IMG/VR virus record: IMGVR_UViG_3300029786_000322
Source of the DNA: a virus
Length of the DNA stretch: 64,000 nucleotides
Direction: 5' to 3' (one strand)
Part shown: in pieces, positions 9,195-17,551 of the stretch
How positions within the stretch are numbered: the first letter of the stretch is position 1
Layout of the letters: each line of letters starts with the position of its first letter
Translations under genes and position numbers: made by a program
Notes under the pieces: generated by a model
Told to the model about the DNA's origin: nothing
The model's database searches: none
What the model saw: only the letters and a program-made list of their open reading frames with translations

Positions 9195-9539
9195 ATGGGA
9201 ACTATTAGAAACAGATTAACGATTGTGAATGATTACAATTTTGATAGAATTACCAACACAAGACAAAATGCGGTTGAATATTTTGGAAAAATCATGCGAG
9301 ATGAATTTGACTTTCCGGATTATGATGTGAACACACAGATGATAAGTCCTATTTTGCCAAGTGTAGTAAACGGCATATACACCTTTGTTATTATGGGAGA
9401 CTGCTCAAAAGACGGATGGGAATTATCTAACGATTTTAAAAAGTACAGAGACGAGTGGATTCGGAAAAATAAGGGTCTAAATATATTGGTTGCAGACTTT
9501 GGAGAGGGAGATGCAGAAGCATATATAAAAGAGTATTAA
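9195..9539 (+). CDS. hypothetical protein, 114 aa
   Basis: RBS GAAAGGAGATAAATATG. Begins 2 nt after the upstream stop. Confidence 0.55.
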   Translation: MGTIRNRLTIVNDYNFDRITNTRQNAVEYFGKIMRDEFDFPDYDVNTQMISPILPSVVNGIYTFVIMGDCSKDGWELSNDFKKYRDEWIRKNKGLNILVADFGEGDAEAYIKEY

Positions 9540-9746
9540 TGCCCGTTTACAGTCTATAAAAGACATATTGTATCCAGAATTAAGCAAACAAGCCGTTTCT
9601 TCTCGCCTGTAGAAGGAAGGTTGAACTGGATGAAGATGTGACAGTAGACAACTGGAAGGCTCGTATAGATATTGATGAATTAGAAGCTACATATCGGGTC
9701 GCAGATTTATATACCGGTTCAATCGAAGCGTGATAGTTAATGTGTA

Positions 9747-9780
9747 AAGAAAGAGTCTTGGAATAAGGCTCTTTTTTTTA
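9747..9780 (+). terminator. rho-independent terminator
   Basis: AAGAGTCTT-GGAATA-AGGCTCTT stem followed by T8. Confidence 0.65.
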
Positions 9781-9815
9781 TTTCAGAAAAATTTTCAAGA
9801 AATTTCTGATTTACT

Positions 9816-9842
9816 TTGACGATTTTTCAAAAGGCGCAATAT
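9816..9842 (+). promoter_or_regulatory. conserved promoter-like element copy 3
   Basis: TTGACG-N11-GGCGCAATAT. Confidence 0.6.
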
Positions 9843-9885
9843 GTGTAATGAAGACGAAAATAAGACGATTTTGGAGGGAGAAAAA

Positions 9886-10215
9886 ATGAAAATTTACTTT
9901 GAGGATGGAAAACTTGTCAATATTAAGCAATTACCGATTGCGCCGGATTATGTGATTGATGCTTCTGATGGAGTAACTGCCTGCATGGATATGCTGGATC
10001 GAATTTACTCGACTAATCGAGATGCAGTTGTATATACAAATTCAATTATTGCATTCAGTAACCGGTATGCATGGAATGAAGAGAAGAAAATTTCGGATGT
10101 TTATATCAGAGATGGAGAGGGTATGGAATTTACCAATATTGCGCTTCTGACAAATAGACAACTTCGGGAGGGGCATAATCTCGCGAAGTTGTATCTTGGC
10201 GGTGAGTTCCGGTAG
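9886..10215 (+). CDS. hypothetical protein, 109 aa
   Basis: Start moved to MKIYFEDG, which has a GGAGGGAG RBS. The track start at 9841 lies inside the promoter element. Confidence 0.55.
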   Translation: MKIYFEDGKLVNIKQLPIAPDYVIDASDGVTACMDMLDRIYSTNRDAVVYTNSIIAFSNRYAWNEEKKISDVYIRDGEGMEFTNIALLTNRQLREGHNLAKLYLGGEFR

Positions 10216-10609
10216 GAAAGAAAGGGAAAAATCATGGACAAAAGTGGAGTAATTAACGGATAGACTTACGAGGAAACAAACCAGACTGCGAAAACTGCAT
10301 GATTGTGGGAAAAAATATGTACAGATAGGATGTCCTACGACAGCTTATGGGATTTGTGTAGGCATACAAAAAGGAAATTGATGAATACTATGCGGTCGGA
10401 GTCCCAGAAGAGCGCCTGGAAAATGCAGAAAAGCAGAGAAAGGAAGAAAAACTTGAGCAAGAATCTAATTTGCATATGAGGGTATAGCAGATTCAAGATC
10501 GGTTGTATGTATTATTTTTGAAAGGGGTGATGCCTATTGAGAGTTAATTTTAAAGAGAGTACATAAATAGCAGTTTAAAAAATCATAAAGAATGTGAGGG
10601 AAAAAATAT

Positions 10610-12394
10610 ATGAGTGGTTTACCATTTGATCCTATTATTATTGCGGTTGTCGCGGTCGTTGTGATCCTTATCGGCATACTTGCCAGCGGGTATGTCAAAG
10701 CGCCGGCAGACAAGGCATACATCATTTCCGGACTTAAGAAAGTTCCGAAGGTGTTAATTGGCCGGGCAGGAATTAAGATTCCTTTTCTGGAAAGAAAAGA
10801 CGAACTTCTGTTAAAGCAGATCGGTATTGATATTAAAACCGGAGGCTATGTTCCAACGAAAGATTTCATCGGTGTTGATATTGATGCGATTGCAAAAATC
10901 CGTCTGATTTCCATGCAGGATGTAGGCAAAGAGAAAACCTATACCAGAACAATCGTTGATGAGATTGTTGACGGCAGCAATACAAAAGATGGAGATAAAG
11001 AATATTCAACTCATACAGAAACTGTTACAATCAAGATTACAGAAGATATGGCGCGTGCGGCAATGCGGAATTTCCTTAATATGAAAGAATCCAACATTGT
11101 TGAAGCTTTACAGGATTCTTTACAGGGAAATATGAGAGAAATCGTTGGTACGCAGACATTGCGTGCTTTGTGCCAGGATCGTAAATCTTTTGGTGATGAG
11201 GTTCAGAGCAAAGCGCAGCCGGATATGAATGCCCTCGGTGTATGGATCGAGTCCTGCAATATTCAGCGTATTGAGGACGAACAGGATCTGATCAATGCTC
11301 TTGGTATGGATAACATGGCTGCTATCCAGAAGAGTGCAAGCATTGCAAAGGCAGAGGCTGACAAAGACGTTGCGATTGCACAGGCGAAGGCAGCAAGAGA
11401 AGCAAATGATGCAAAAGTCGCCGCTGATACGGAAATTGCTGAGAAGCAGAACGAGCTTGCAATCAAAAAGGCAGAATTACAGCAGCTCTCTGACACAAAG
11501 AAGGCGATTGCGGATGCTGCTTATAAGATTCAGGAACAGGAACAGCGTAAAGCGATTGAGACAGCAAAAGTTAATGCAGATATTGCAGAGCAGGAAAGAA
11601 CTGTTGAACTTCGCGAGAAGGAAGCACAGGTTGCAGAACAGACACTTAATGCGACGGTAAAGAAGCAGGCGGATGCAGATAAGTACAGCAGACAGCAGGC
11701 TGCAGAAGCAAATCTGATTGAAAAATCCCGTCAGGCTGATGCAGAAAAATATCAGCAGGAGAAGGAAGCAGAAATCCAAAAGATTAAGGCAGAGGCCGAT
11801 AAGGAAGCGAAGAAAAAAGAAGCAGAAGGTATTCTTGCAATCAAGAGATCAGAAGCAGAAGGTATCGCCGCTGTAGGTAAAGCAGAAGCTCAGGCAATCG
11901 AAGCAAAAGGTATTGCAGAAGCTCAAGCAATGGAGAAAAAAGCAGAAGCTTATTCAAAGTATAACAAGGCTGCTGTTGCAGAAATGACGATCAAAATGCT
12001 TCCAGAGCTTGCAGCCAAAGTTGCTGAGCCGCTTGGACAGATTGACAAAATCACAATCATCGGAGGCGGCGATGGCAGCAATGGTATCGAACAGGTTGCC
12101 GGGAATGTTCCTGTTGTTATGGCGAAGGTCTTTGAGAGTGTCAAAGAAGCTACAGGGATAGATCTGACAAGTATTGTTAATGCTGAGTCTTACGATGCGA
12201 AGGTTAACCGCAATGTTAATTTAACCGGTATCAAAGATACGGTGGCAATTTCCGGCGGATCAAAGAGTGATACTGACGCAGATAAAACCGAGAATTCCGG
12301 CATCGATTCTGATTTATCAGGAGAAAATGCAGAGGTCATCCGTTCTTTGGCAGAAAATGCTAATCAGGAATCAGCTGACAGTAATCTGGACTAA
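10610..12394 (+). CDS. flotillin-like SPFH/band-7 domain membrane protein with a long Ala/Glu/Lys coiled-coil
   Basis: N-terminal TM segment IIIAVVAVVVILIGILASG, an SPFH core, then EA-repeat coiled coil AEAQAIEAKGIAEAQAMEKKAEAY typical of FloT/YqiK-type flotillins. Confidence 0.75.
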   Translation: MSGLPFDPIIIAVVAVVVILIGILASGYVKAPADKAYIISGLKKVPKVLIGRAGIKIPFLERKDELLLKQIGIDIKTGGYVPTKDFIGVDIDAIAKIRLISMQDVGKEKTYTRTIVDEIVDGSNTKDGDKEYSTHTETVTIKITEDMARAAMRNFLNMKESNIVEALQDSLQGNMREIVGTQTLRALCQDRKSFGDEVQSKAQPDMNALGVWIESCNIQRIEDEQDLINALGMDNMAAIQKSASIAKAEADKDVAIAQAKAAREANDAKVAADTEIAEKQNELAIKKAELQQLSDTKKAIADAAYKIQEQEQRKAIETAKVNADIAEQERTVELREKEAQVAEQTLNATVKKQADADKYSRQQAAEANLIEKSRQADAEKYQQEKEAEIQKIKAEADKEAKKKEAEGILAIKRSEAEGIAAVGKAEAQAIEAKGIAEAQAMEKKAEAYSKYNKAAVAEMTIKMLPELAAKVAEPLGQIDKITIIGGGDGSNGIEQVAGNVPVVMAKVFESVKEATGIDLTSIVNAESYDAKVNRNVNLTGIKDTVAISGGSKSDTDADKTENSGIDSDLSGENAEVIRSLAENANQESADSNLD

Positions 12395-12410
12395 CAGAAT
12401 ATGTAATTTA

Positions 12411-12456
12411 AGACATATACCGGGGTACTTGCGTATTCTGGTATATGTCTTTTTAT
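12411..12456 (+). terminator. rho-independent terminator
   Basis: 11-bp stem AGACATATACC / GGTATATGTCT followed by TTTTTAT. Confidence 0.7.
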
Positions 12457-12479
12457 GCTTTTATGGTGAGAGTTTTATT

Positions 12480-12590
12480 TTTGATCATGGCGAAACGATA
12501 CCAAAGAAAGTCCGGTTTGCAGTGTACGAAAAATGCAACCACCGGTGCAATTTTTACTTCGAAAAGATCGGACTGGATATGGCGTAAGTT
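12480..12590 (+). pseudogene. internally deleted remnant of an HNH endonuclease gene (compare 49753-50169)
   Basis: Encodes ...KKVRFAVYEKCNHRC|NFYFEKIGLD, i.e. the N- and C-terminal ends of the HNH protein fused, with the catalytic core missing. Confidence 0.4.
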
Positions 12591-12602
12591 TTCAAAAAAT
12601 CT

Positions 12603-12629
12603 TTGACGATTTTTCAAAAGGCGCAATAT
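12603..12629 (+). promoter_or_regulatory. conserved promoter-like element copy 4
   Basis: TTGACG-N11-GGCGCAATATGTATAGTG. Confidence 0.65.
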
Positions 12630-12636
12630 GTATAGT

Positions 12637-12780
12637 GTAAAGGTCATAAACCGAGCTGCCAGGGTTACCGGCTGGCAGAAAATCCTTTCGAAAAATGTTT
12701 ACGTTCCGGGAAATCCCCGGAAAGGATAGTGGGTACGCAGCGCAAGTTATTCCGGGTTCGACTCCCGGATATCCTTTTTC
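12637..12780 (+). ncRNA. structured leader RNA, copy 2
   Basis: Same three-hairpin architecture and T-loop-like terminal hairpin plus U-tract as copy 1. Closing stem AAAGGAUA/UAUCCUUU. Confidence 0.55.
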
Positions 12781-12812
12781 AAAATTGCAGGAAAAATGTG
12801 GAGGAAAAGAGA

Positions 12813-13118
12813 ATGGATGAACTGATCAAGAAACTTCGGATGTATGCAGACACATACAAAAAAGAACCAGCCGGACGGGAAGTTGAAGGTACCGTGGAAT
12901 TGCTCGAAAATTCTGCAGATGCTTTGCAGGAAGCAGGGGAGGCTGTTCAAAAATTAAAGCAGAGATTTGTGGATGGAATAGATGTCCATTACCAGGGACA
13001 TGATGCCGACGATTACATTGAGTGTCCTTTCTGCGGATACGAGGTTGCAGCGATCGACGATTACTGTGAGCTGCGCCCAAATCATTGTCCGAAATGTGGA
13101 ACAAAGCTGATATACTAG
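12813..13118 (+). CDS. small zinc-ribbon protein, 101 aa
   Basis: GGAGGA RBS. C-terminal CPFCG...CPKCG zinc ribbon. The track ORF start at 12729 overlaps the leader RNA. Confidence 0.6.
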   Translation: MDELIKKLRMYADTYKKEPAGREVEGTVELLENSADALQEAGEAVQKLKQRFVDGIDVHYQGHDADDYIECPFCGYEVAAIDDYCELRPNHCPKCGTKLIY

Positions 13119-13133
13119 ATATAGGAGGCTGGC

Positions 13134-13361
13134 ATGAAAGAATTGAGGAAGTTGTGCATGCACCCATTGTGCGATGCAGAGCCAAAAATGCATACGATTT
13201 ACGAATATATCGGAAAAGCCGGGACGAAAGGTACGACAGTTTTGTGGTTCCTTGAGATCCCAAAAAAGGAGCCAAAGTGTATGGGATCAGTGAGGAAGAC
13301 CATGTTTCTCCGTATATGGAAGGCATGGCATTCCGGTATGCAGAATTCAAACCATACATGA
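13134..13361 (+). CDS. hypothetical protein, 75 aa
   Basis: RBS TATAGGAGGCTGGCATG. Confidence 0.45.
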   Translation: MKELRKLCMHPLCDAEPKMHTIYEYIGKAGTKGTTVLWFLEIPKKEPKCMGSVRKTMFLRIWKAWHSGMQNSNHT

Positions 13362-13470
13362 TTGATGAGATTTACAGCAATGGATTCGTTGTCTGCCACG
13401 AGTGTTAGGATAAGACAAAAATGCGTGTCCAATTAACAAGAAGGAATATGCGGTAAGTAATGGAGATATT

Positions 13471-13950
13471 GTGGATATAAATGCAGAATACCACAAAAGG
13501 GCATCAAATCTTGGCATGGAGAAGCAGAGGACTTACCTTCAGTATGAGATCTCCAAGCCAGATGCCATCAGAAAAGATCTTGAGACCGCAAAAAAGAGGC
13601 TGGAAAAGGCAAAAGAAAGAAATTTTAAAACGTTGGATGAGTGGGAAGAAAAAATTGAAGCTTATACGAAAGTGTTGGAAGACAGCAAAGTATCTTCCTT
13701 GTTTTACAATGATATTTCTAACGCCATTTCGGACGGAACAGCACAGTGCCGTATCTGTACCTTCGTTTGGCAGGGTAAATGGAAATATACGGAAAATATT
13801 TCCCTTGGAGTGTGCGTCGTGATCAAGCACATGGGGTACACCTACATTTTTGGCACAAGTCCAGACAGCCAGTATTCTCCATGTTTTGCAGTATGGGAAA
13901 GCGAAGGAGAACCAGAGCTGGAAGAAGAAAACTACCTTATAGTCAAGTAA
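13471..13950 (+). CDS. hypothetical protein, 159 aa (GTG start)
   Basis: GGAG lies 8 nt upstream of the GTG. Coiled-coil-like N-terminus. Confidence 0.45.
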   Translation: MDINAEYHKRASNLGMEKQRTYLQYEISKPDAIRKDLETAKKRLEKAKERNFKTLDEWEEKIEAYTKVLEDSKVSSLFYNDISNAISDGTAQCRICTFVWQGKWKYTENISLGVCVVIKHMGYTYIFGTSPDSQYSPCFAVWESEGEPELEEENYLIVK

Positions 13951-14002
13951 GAAAGAAGCCGTGGAATCCCGACTTTTCTGCTGCATTGTGTGTATATTTT
14001 AA

Positions 14003-14075
14003 CGCCGCCTGCGGGATTCGAACCCGCGGATAAAGAGTTCAAAGCTCCCTGCGTTAACCTTTTCGCCAAGGCGGA
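14003..14075 (-). tRNA. tRNA-Gln(TTG), provisional
   Basis: T-arm GCGGG-TTCGAAT-CCCGC, anticodon loop CTTTGAA, U1 as in Gln tRNAs. Acceptor pair 1-72 is mismatched. Confidence 0.5.
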
Positions 14076-14076
14076 G

Positions 14077-14144
14077 CACACCCGGAAGGACTCGAACCCT
14101 CGTTACCGGTTTTGGAGACCAGTTTCTGTCCATCAGACAGGTGC
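14077..14144 (-). tRNA. tRNA-Trp(CCA), provisional (short D-arm)
   Basis: Anticodon arm CTGGT-CTCCAAA-ACCGG identical to the canonical Trp arm. T-loop TTCGAGT. Acceptor GCACCTG/CGGGTGT has two G-U pairs. Confidence 0.5.
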
Positions 14145-14148
14145 ATAA

Positions 14149-14219
14149 CAGGCGATAATGGAATCGAACCATTGTTTTCTGAGTCAGAATCAGATGTCTT
14201 ACCATTGAACGAATCGCCC
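14149..14219 (-). tRNA. tRNA-Gln(CTG), provisional
   Basis: Anticodon arm TCTGA-TTCTGAC-TCAGA, T-arm AATGG-TTCGATT-CCATT. Confidence 0.55.
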
Positions 14220-14221
14220 AG

Positions 14222-14295
14222 TATCCCCAAAGGGACTCGAACCCTTAACCGACAGATTAGAAATCTGTTGCTCTTTCCAATTGAGCTATGGGGAT
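14222..14295 (-). tRNA. tRNA-Arg(TCT)
   Basis: Acceptor ATCCCCA/TGGGGAT, D-stem GCTC/GAGC, anticodon arm ACAGA-TTTCTAA-TCTGT, T-arm AAGGG-TTCGAGT-CCCTT. Confidence 0.7.
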
Positions 14296-14301
14296 ATATA
14301 G

Positions 14302-14391
14302 CGCAGACACCGGGGATCGAACCCGGACAGCGGGTGTGCCGCATGCCACATTAGCAGTGTGGAGGGGTACCATTTACCTTTATATGTCTGC
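14302..14391 (-). tRNA. class II tRNA-Ser(GCT), provisional
   Basis: 90 nt. Anticodon arm CCACA-CTGCTAA-TGTGG, long variable arm GCGG..CCGC, T-arm CCGGG-TTCGATC-CCCGG, acceptor GCAGACA/TGTCTGC. Confidence 0.55.
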
Positions 14392-14396
14392 ATAAG

Positions 14397-14468
14397 AGGC
14401 ATCGGAGGGGATCGAACCCTCGCCTTCCGGGTTGCAGCCGGACGCCTTCGCCGTTTGGCTACGATGCC
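14397..14468 (-). tRNA. tRNA-Cys(GCA)
   Basis: Acceptor GGCATCG/CGATGCC, anticodon arm TCCGG-CTGCAAC-CCGGA, T-arm GAGGG-TTCGATC-CCCTC. Confidence 0.7.
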
Positions 14469-14498
14469 ATATAATTCTTCCCGATAAGAGAAGATGAG

Positions 14499-14582
14499 CG
14501 CTGGGGCAGGGAGTCGAACCCTGATATCCTTTCGGAATGACGGTTTTCAGGACCGTTGCTTTACCAGTTGAGCCACCACAGC
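14499..14582 (-). tRNA. class II tRNA-Ser(TGA), provisional (C33, one acceptor mismatch)
   Basis: 84 nt. Anticodon arm ACGGT-CCTGAAA-ACCGT, variable arm TCC-GAAA-GGA, T-arm CAGGG-TTCGACT-CCCTG. Confidence 0.5.
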
Positions 14583-14827
14583 AAAAATAAAAGCATACAC
14601 CTCTCAATCGAAAGATGTATGCTTTGCAATTCCAGGTATTTCCAATATTCTCCCGGAAATTTCCCTACAATGACCACATTTCTTTCAATTTGAGACAATA
14701 TTTATTTGCACGACAACTACGCCAGATACATGACTGCGACTGACTCATACTTGCCTGTGAATATTGTCTCATTACTGCTGTAATCATTGATTTTCCCTTC
14801 CTTTCCTTGGTTTTCTTGAATATTTAG

Positions 14828-14901
14828 TGTGTCTGGTGGGACTTGAACCCGACGACCCCACGATTAAAAGTCGCGTGCTCTGCCAACTGAGCTACAGACA
14901 C
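14828..14901 (-). tRNA. tRNA-Lys(TTT)
   Basis: Acceptor GTGTCTG/CAGACAC, D-arm GCTC-AGTTGGCA-GAGC, anticodon arm CGCGA-CTTTTAA-TCGTG. The T-stem has a 1-nt bulge. Confidence 0.65.
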
Positions 14902-14906
14902 ATAAG

Positions 14907-14978
14907 CGGATCAGGAGGGAATCGAACCCTCATCTTCCGGTAGACAGCCGGATGTACTAGCCGCTATACTACAGATCC
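14907..14978 (-). tRNA. tRNA-Asp(GTC), provisional (U37, one acceptor U-U)
   Basis: Anticodon arm TCCGG-CTGTCTA-CCGGA, T-arm GAGGG-TTCGATT-CCCTC. Confidence 0.55.
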
Positions 14979-14982
14979 ATAA

Positions 14983-15055
14983 AGCTCCCGTCCGGCTTCG
15001 AACCGGAAACCTTCTGATTACAAGTCAGATGCACTACCAGTTGTGCTACAGGAGC
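14983..15055 (-). tRNA. tRNA-Thr(TGT)
   Basis: Acceptor GCTCCTG/CGGGAGC, D-stem GCAC/GTGC, anticodon arm TCTGA-CTTGTAA-TCAGA, T-arm TCCGG-TTCGAAG-CCGGA. Confidence 0.7.
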
Positions 15056-15139
15056 AGGAACACTTCCGACGGGTGCTGCCCCGCTATCTCCGCCGTGACA
15101 GGGCGGTGACTCTGTTGTTTGTCCTCGGAAGTAAATAAG

Positions 15140-15221
15140 TGCGCCGGGGAGGACTCGAACCTCCGGTGTTTCTTTGTGGCTGATTTACAGTCAGCTGCTG
15201 TCGCCTCTGAGCCACCGACGC
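15140..15221 (-). tRNA. class II tRNA-Tyr(GTA)
   Basis: Anticodon arm GCTGA-CTGTAAA-TCAGC, long variable arm, T-arm GGAGG-TTCGAGT-CCTCC, acceptor GCGTCGG/CCGGCGC. Confidence 0.7.
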
Positions 15222-15226
15222 ATAAG

Positions 15227-15298
15227 CTGGTCCGGAGGGTCTCGAACCCTCAACGCCCCGGTTAACAGCCGGGTGCTCTACCATTGAGCTACGGATCA
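15227..15298 (-). tRNA. tRNA-Asn(GTT)
   Basis: D-arm GCTC-AATGGTA-GAGC, anticodon arm CCCGG-CTGTTAA-CCGGG, T-arm GAGGG-TTCGAGA-CCCTC. One A-C acceptor mismatch. Confidence 0.65.
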
Positions 15299-15299
15299 G

Positions 15300-15371
15300 A
15301 GCATGTGACGGGTCTCGAACCCGCCCGTCCTGCTTGGAAGGCAGGTGTGCCGCCAACAACACTTCACATGC
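15300..15371 (-). tRNA. tRNA-Gly(TCC)
   Basis: Acceptor GCATGTG/CACATGC, anticodon arm CCTGC-CTTCCAA-GCAGG, T-arm GCGGG-TTCGAGA-CCCGT. Confidence 0.7.
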
Positions 15372-15436
15372 ATGCGGATAAAAGAAGTGCCTGTTTTCTC
15401 TTATCCATTCAGTTTTTTTACCGCATCGCTGCGGAG

Positions 15437-15508
15437 TGGACAGGAGTGGTAACGATCCACCCTGTAAGGATTTTCAGTCCTTCGCTAATCCATCTCAGCT
15501 ACCTGTCC
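15437..15508 (-). tRNA. tRNA-Phe(GAA) with an atypical T-loop (A54/U58 swapped)
   Basis: Perfect acceptor GGACAGG/CCTGTCC, D-arm GCTG-AGATGGAT-TAGC, anticodon arm AAGGA-CTGAAAA-TCCTT, T-arm GGTGG-ATCGTTA-CCACT. Confidence 0.55.
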
Positions 15509-15880
15509 ATGGCTTTTTCTGCAATAAAAAAGCCGCATCAAGAAATTTCCTCTTCTCTCTGCGGTCATCTGCGTTTTGCAATATTTCGGTTTTAAGTGCC
15601 TGGTTTAAAATCGAAATCGACCGCGGGAAGGTGTATCATAATAGTTCTGTCCCCATGTTTTCCCGGATTTTGAGCATGAGAAACTAAACATATTGCTGAA
15701 ATCGCCGTATGTTCTACAATCATTATTAAAATTTTTACTACTCATCATCTTTAACATGGTTTTCTTTTCCTTTCATTTTAATTAATGCTGGATAAACAAA
15801 AAGCCCGTCACTTAACTCAAAGCTACACACCCAAATAGCTCTGAGTTAAAAGACAGGCACTTCTTTTATCTCATGCACCT

Positions 15881-15909
15881 ATCATATCATACTGATCGTG
15901 AAGTGTCAA
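15881..15909 (-). promoter_or_regulatory. canonical sigma70-type promoter driving the tRNA cluster
   Basis: On the minus strand: TTGACA, a 17-nt spacer, then TATGAT. Confidence 0.6.
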
Positions 15910-15925
15910 CAGGAAATTTAAAAAA

Positions 15926-15994
15926 GGTTATTTTTGGTTATTTTGGTTATTTTTCAAAATAAAACAAAATAAAACAAAATAAAACAAATAAAAA
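15926..15994. repeat. short tandem repeats (GGTTATTTT x3, then AAAACAAAAT x3-4)
   Basis: Direct reading. The two AT-rich blocks are imperfect reverse complements of each other. Confidence 0.6.
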
Positions 15995-16019
15995 TCTCCG
16001 CCAAAATAGACGGAGATTT
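15992..16019. terminator. bidirectional hairpin terminator
   Basis: AAATCTCCG-ccaaaataga-CGGAGATTT, flanked by A/T runs on both sides. Ends the minus-strand gene 16025-16645. Confidence 0.6.
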
Positions 16020-16024
16020 GAAAA

Positions 16025-16645
16025 TTAACAGGTTAATTCGTAGTCGTACAGATCGAGCGGCGTTTTGTTTCCGCTGGACCACTCAAACTCTTCGTTGTCC
16101 CAAATGCTGCGGGCGTTGTTCAGATTGATCTCATCCGTCAATACCTTTTCTTCGATATTAATGAACCGTTCCAAAGATTCTTTGAAGCGGTTGATGACTT
16201 CCTCGGGATTCTTTGAATGCCAGCTGTATTCGTCGAAAAACCTTCCACTGGCGGTAATTGTTAATTTCTCGCCGTTATCCGACAATCCAGATAGTTCAAG
16301 TGTAACCATTCCCTCGGAAATATCGCTATAATATTCGCCTGGTTTGTTGGTATCGTTGATTTTGTTCCCTAGTTCTTCCGCTTTTTCCATCATGCCCCAA
16401 ATTTCCCCTGGAAGCGTAAGGTAGTCTTCTGGATAGTATTCCACGGTTGGGTTGATTTCCTCTTGCAGGAGATCTTCAACAAAATTGTCTCCTTTAAAAA
16501 TAGCAAAAGAGTCGACACCTCTTGCGGAAACCTCAACTTTCCCGCATTTGCATGGGAATATTTTAAAAAGTCTTCTATCTCGAGTGTCATAAGCTACTGA
16601 AAAAATGCCGCATTCTTTGCATTTAAAATTTCTTTGTGTTTTCAT
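16025..16645 (-). CDS. hypothetical protein with an N-terminal C4 zinc ribbon, 206 aa
   Basis: Start at MKTQRNFKCKECG with a GAAGGGAGAAAAATC RBS. The longer track ORF start overlaps the divergent promoter. Confidence 0.6.
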   Translation of the reverse strand: MKTQRNFKCKECGIFSVAYDTRDRRLFKIFPCKCGKVEVSARGVDSFAIFKGDNFVEDLLQEEINPTVEYYPEDYLTLPGEIWGMMEKAEELGNKINDTNKPGEYYSDISEGMVTLELSGLSDNGEKLTITASGRFFDEYSWHSKNPEEVINRFKESLERFINIEEKVLTDEINLNNARSIWDNEEFEWSSGNKTPLDLYDYELTC

Positions 16646-16673
16646 GATTTTTCTCCCTTCATCAATGGTTTTA

Positions 16674-16694
16674 TTTACACTTTTAATATGAAAT
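16674..16694 (-). promoter_or_regulatory. conserved motif GTTTACACTTTTAATATGAAAT upstream of a minus-strand gene (copy 1 of 3)
   Basis: Also found at 17577-17598 and 63823-63844, each 30-50 nt upstream of a minus-strand start codon. Confidence 0.45.
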
Positions 16695-16728
16695 ATTAAA
16701 AATATTTCAAAAAATTTCCCGGAAATTT

Positions 16729-16755
16729 TTGACGAAATTTCAAAAGGCGCAATAT
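16729..16755 (+). promoter_or_regulatory. conserved promoter-like element copy 5
   Basis: TTGACG-N11-GGCGCAATAT. Divergent from the minus-strand motif at 16674. Confidence 0.6.
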
Positions 16756-16783
16756 ATGTAATGAAAGGAGGAGGAAATACAAA

Positions 16784-17116
16784 TTGAAATGTTTGACATG
16801 CAAGAAACACTGGTCGCAGGGAGGCCGCTGTTCAGAGAACGTGAGAAACTGCCTGCATTATGAGGAAGAACCAAGAGGAAAAATGGTCCGCACAGAACTG
16901 TCTTTTCGTATGGATGCAGAGGCGGAAACTCCGGTGGTCAGATTTGGAGAGAAAATACTGGTTTCCGATGGTTCAAAAGCGGTCGAGATGACTGTGGTCA
17001 AGATCAACTGGGTTAATCTTCGGGATATGCTCTGCAATGTATCCGCGGATTATCATGAGAATGAGATGCCGCGATTTGAGAAAGAAAAGAAGTTCAAAGC
17101 ATTACATGGAAAATAG
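16784..17116 (+). CDS. hypothetical protein, 110 aa (TTG start)
   Basis: AAAGGAGGAGG RBS 9 nt upstream of the TTG. The stop codon abuts the first repeat of mini-array B. Confidence 0.5.
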   Translation: MKCLTCKKHWSQGGRCSENVRNCLHYEEEPRGKMVRTELSFRMDAEAETPVVRFGEKILVSDGSKAVEMTVVKINWVNLRDMLCNVSADYHENEMPRFEKEKKFKALHGK

Positions 17117-17222
17117 TTGCATTCCAGTGGAATGCATGGGGTGAAAGAAATAGGCAAATCGCATGACAATTTCTGAAATTAAATTGTTGCGCTCCCGTGG
17201 AGGGGGGCGTATGGATTGAAAT
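17116..17222 (+). CRISPR. mini CRISPR array B: 2 repeats, 1 spacer
   Basis: Repeats GTTGCATTCCAGTGGAATGCATGGGGTGAAA and GTTGCGCTCCCGTGGAGGGGGGCGTATGGATTGAAAT. Begins at the last base of the upstream stop codon. Confidence 0.55.
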
Positions 17223-17275
17223 GTGGAATCCTGTGATTGGCACATACTTGGGTGTAGTGCAGAAAAAGTGACCCA

Positions 17276-17551
17276 TTACAGATCACTTTCGATGAAAATT
17301 TGCTTTGCGATTTTTCCGATCACCCAATTTGGAATGTCGCTGCGGCATCCAGAATGGATTTCTCCGTTTTCAACAAAAAAGAATGCGGATTCTTCCGTTT
17401 TCATGCGGTCTAAAGCTTGCGCAGAAAAATATAAGGAATGGTGGAAGTCGCATCTTTGTGCCTCCTCATATGTATGGACTTCCTCTATTTTCCCATCGAT
17501 CAGGCTGACACAGCCGGACCAGAACTCTTTTCCTTCGAATATTGCTGCCAT
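17276..17551 (-). CDS. hypothetical protein, 91 aa
   Basis: AAGGAG RBS. Preceded on the minus strand by the conserved TTTCATATTGAAAGTGTAAAC motif. Confidence 0.55.
   Translation of the reverse strand: MAAIFEGKEFWSGCVSLIDGKIEEVHTYEEAQRCDFHHSLYFSAQALDRMKTEESAFFFVENGEIHSGCRSDIPNWVIGKIAKQIFIESDL

Noticed and set aside
12267-12587. Track ORF 12267-12587 (106 aa)
   Set aside because: The frame runs through the 3' end of the flotillin gene and its terminator. Only its last 35 codons have meaning, as an HNH remnant, and are annotated as a pseudogene instead.
12603-12640. Reading the conserved element as a classical TTGACG -35 plus an extended -10 (TGTATAGT), or as a sigma54 promoter
   Set aside because: The TGTATAGT box would be 22+ nt from the -35. 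The GGCGCA box has no TTGC -12 element and there is no GG-N10-GC spacing. Neither fits, so it is left as an unclassified conserved promoter-like element.
14222-14295. tRNA initially read with anticodon CUA (amber suppressor)
   Set aside because: Re-folding with a 5-bp anticodon stem (ACAGA/TCTGT) gives loop UUUCUAA with U33 and A37, so the anticodon is UCU (Arg). The CUA reading needed a 5-nt loop.
14585-14620. Hairpin AAAGCATACA...TGTATGCTTT inside the tRNA cluster as an additional tRNA
   Set aside because: No T-loop, D-arm or anticodon arm can be drawn. It is more likely a processing or termination hairpin between tRNA subclusters.
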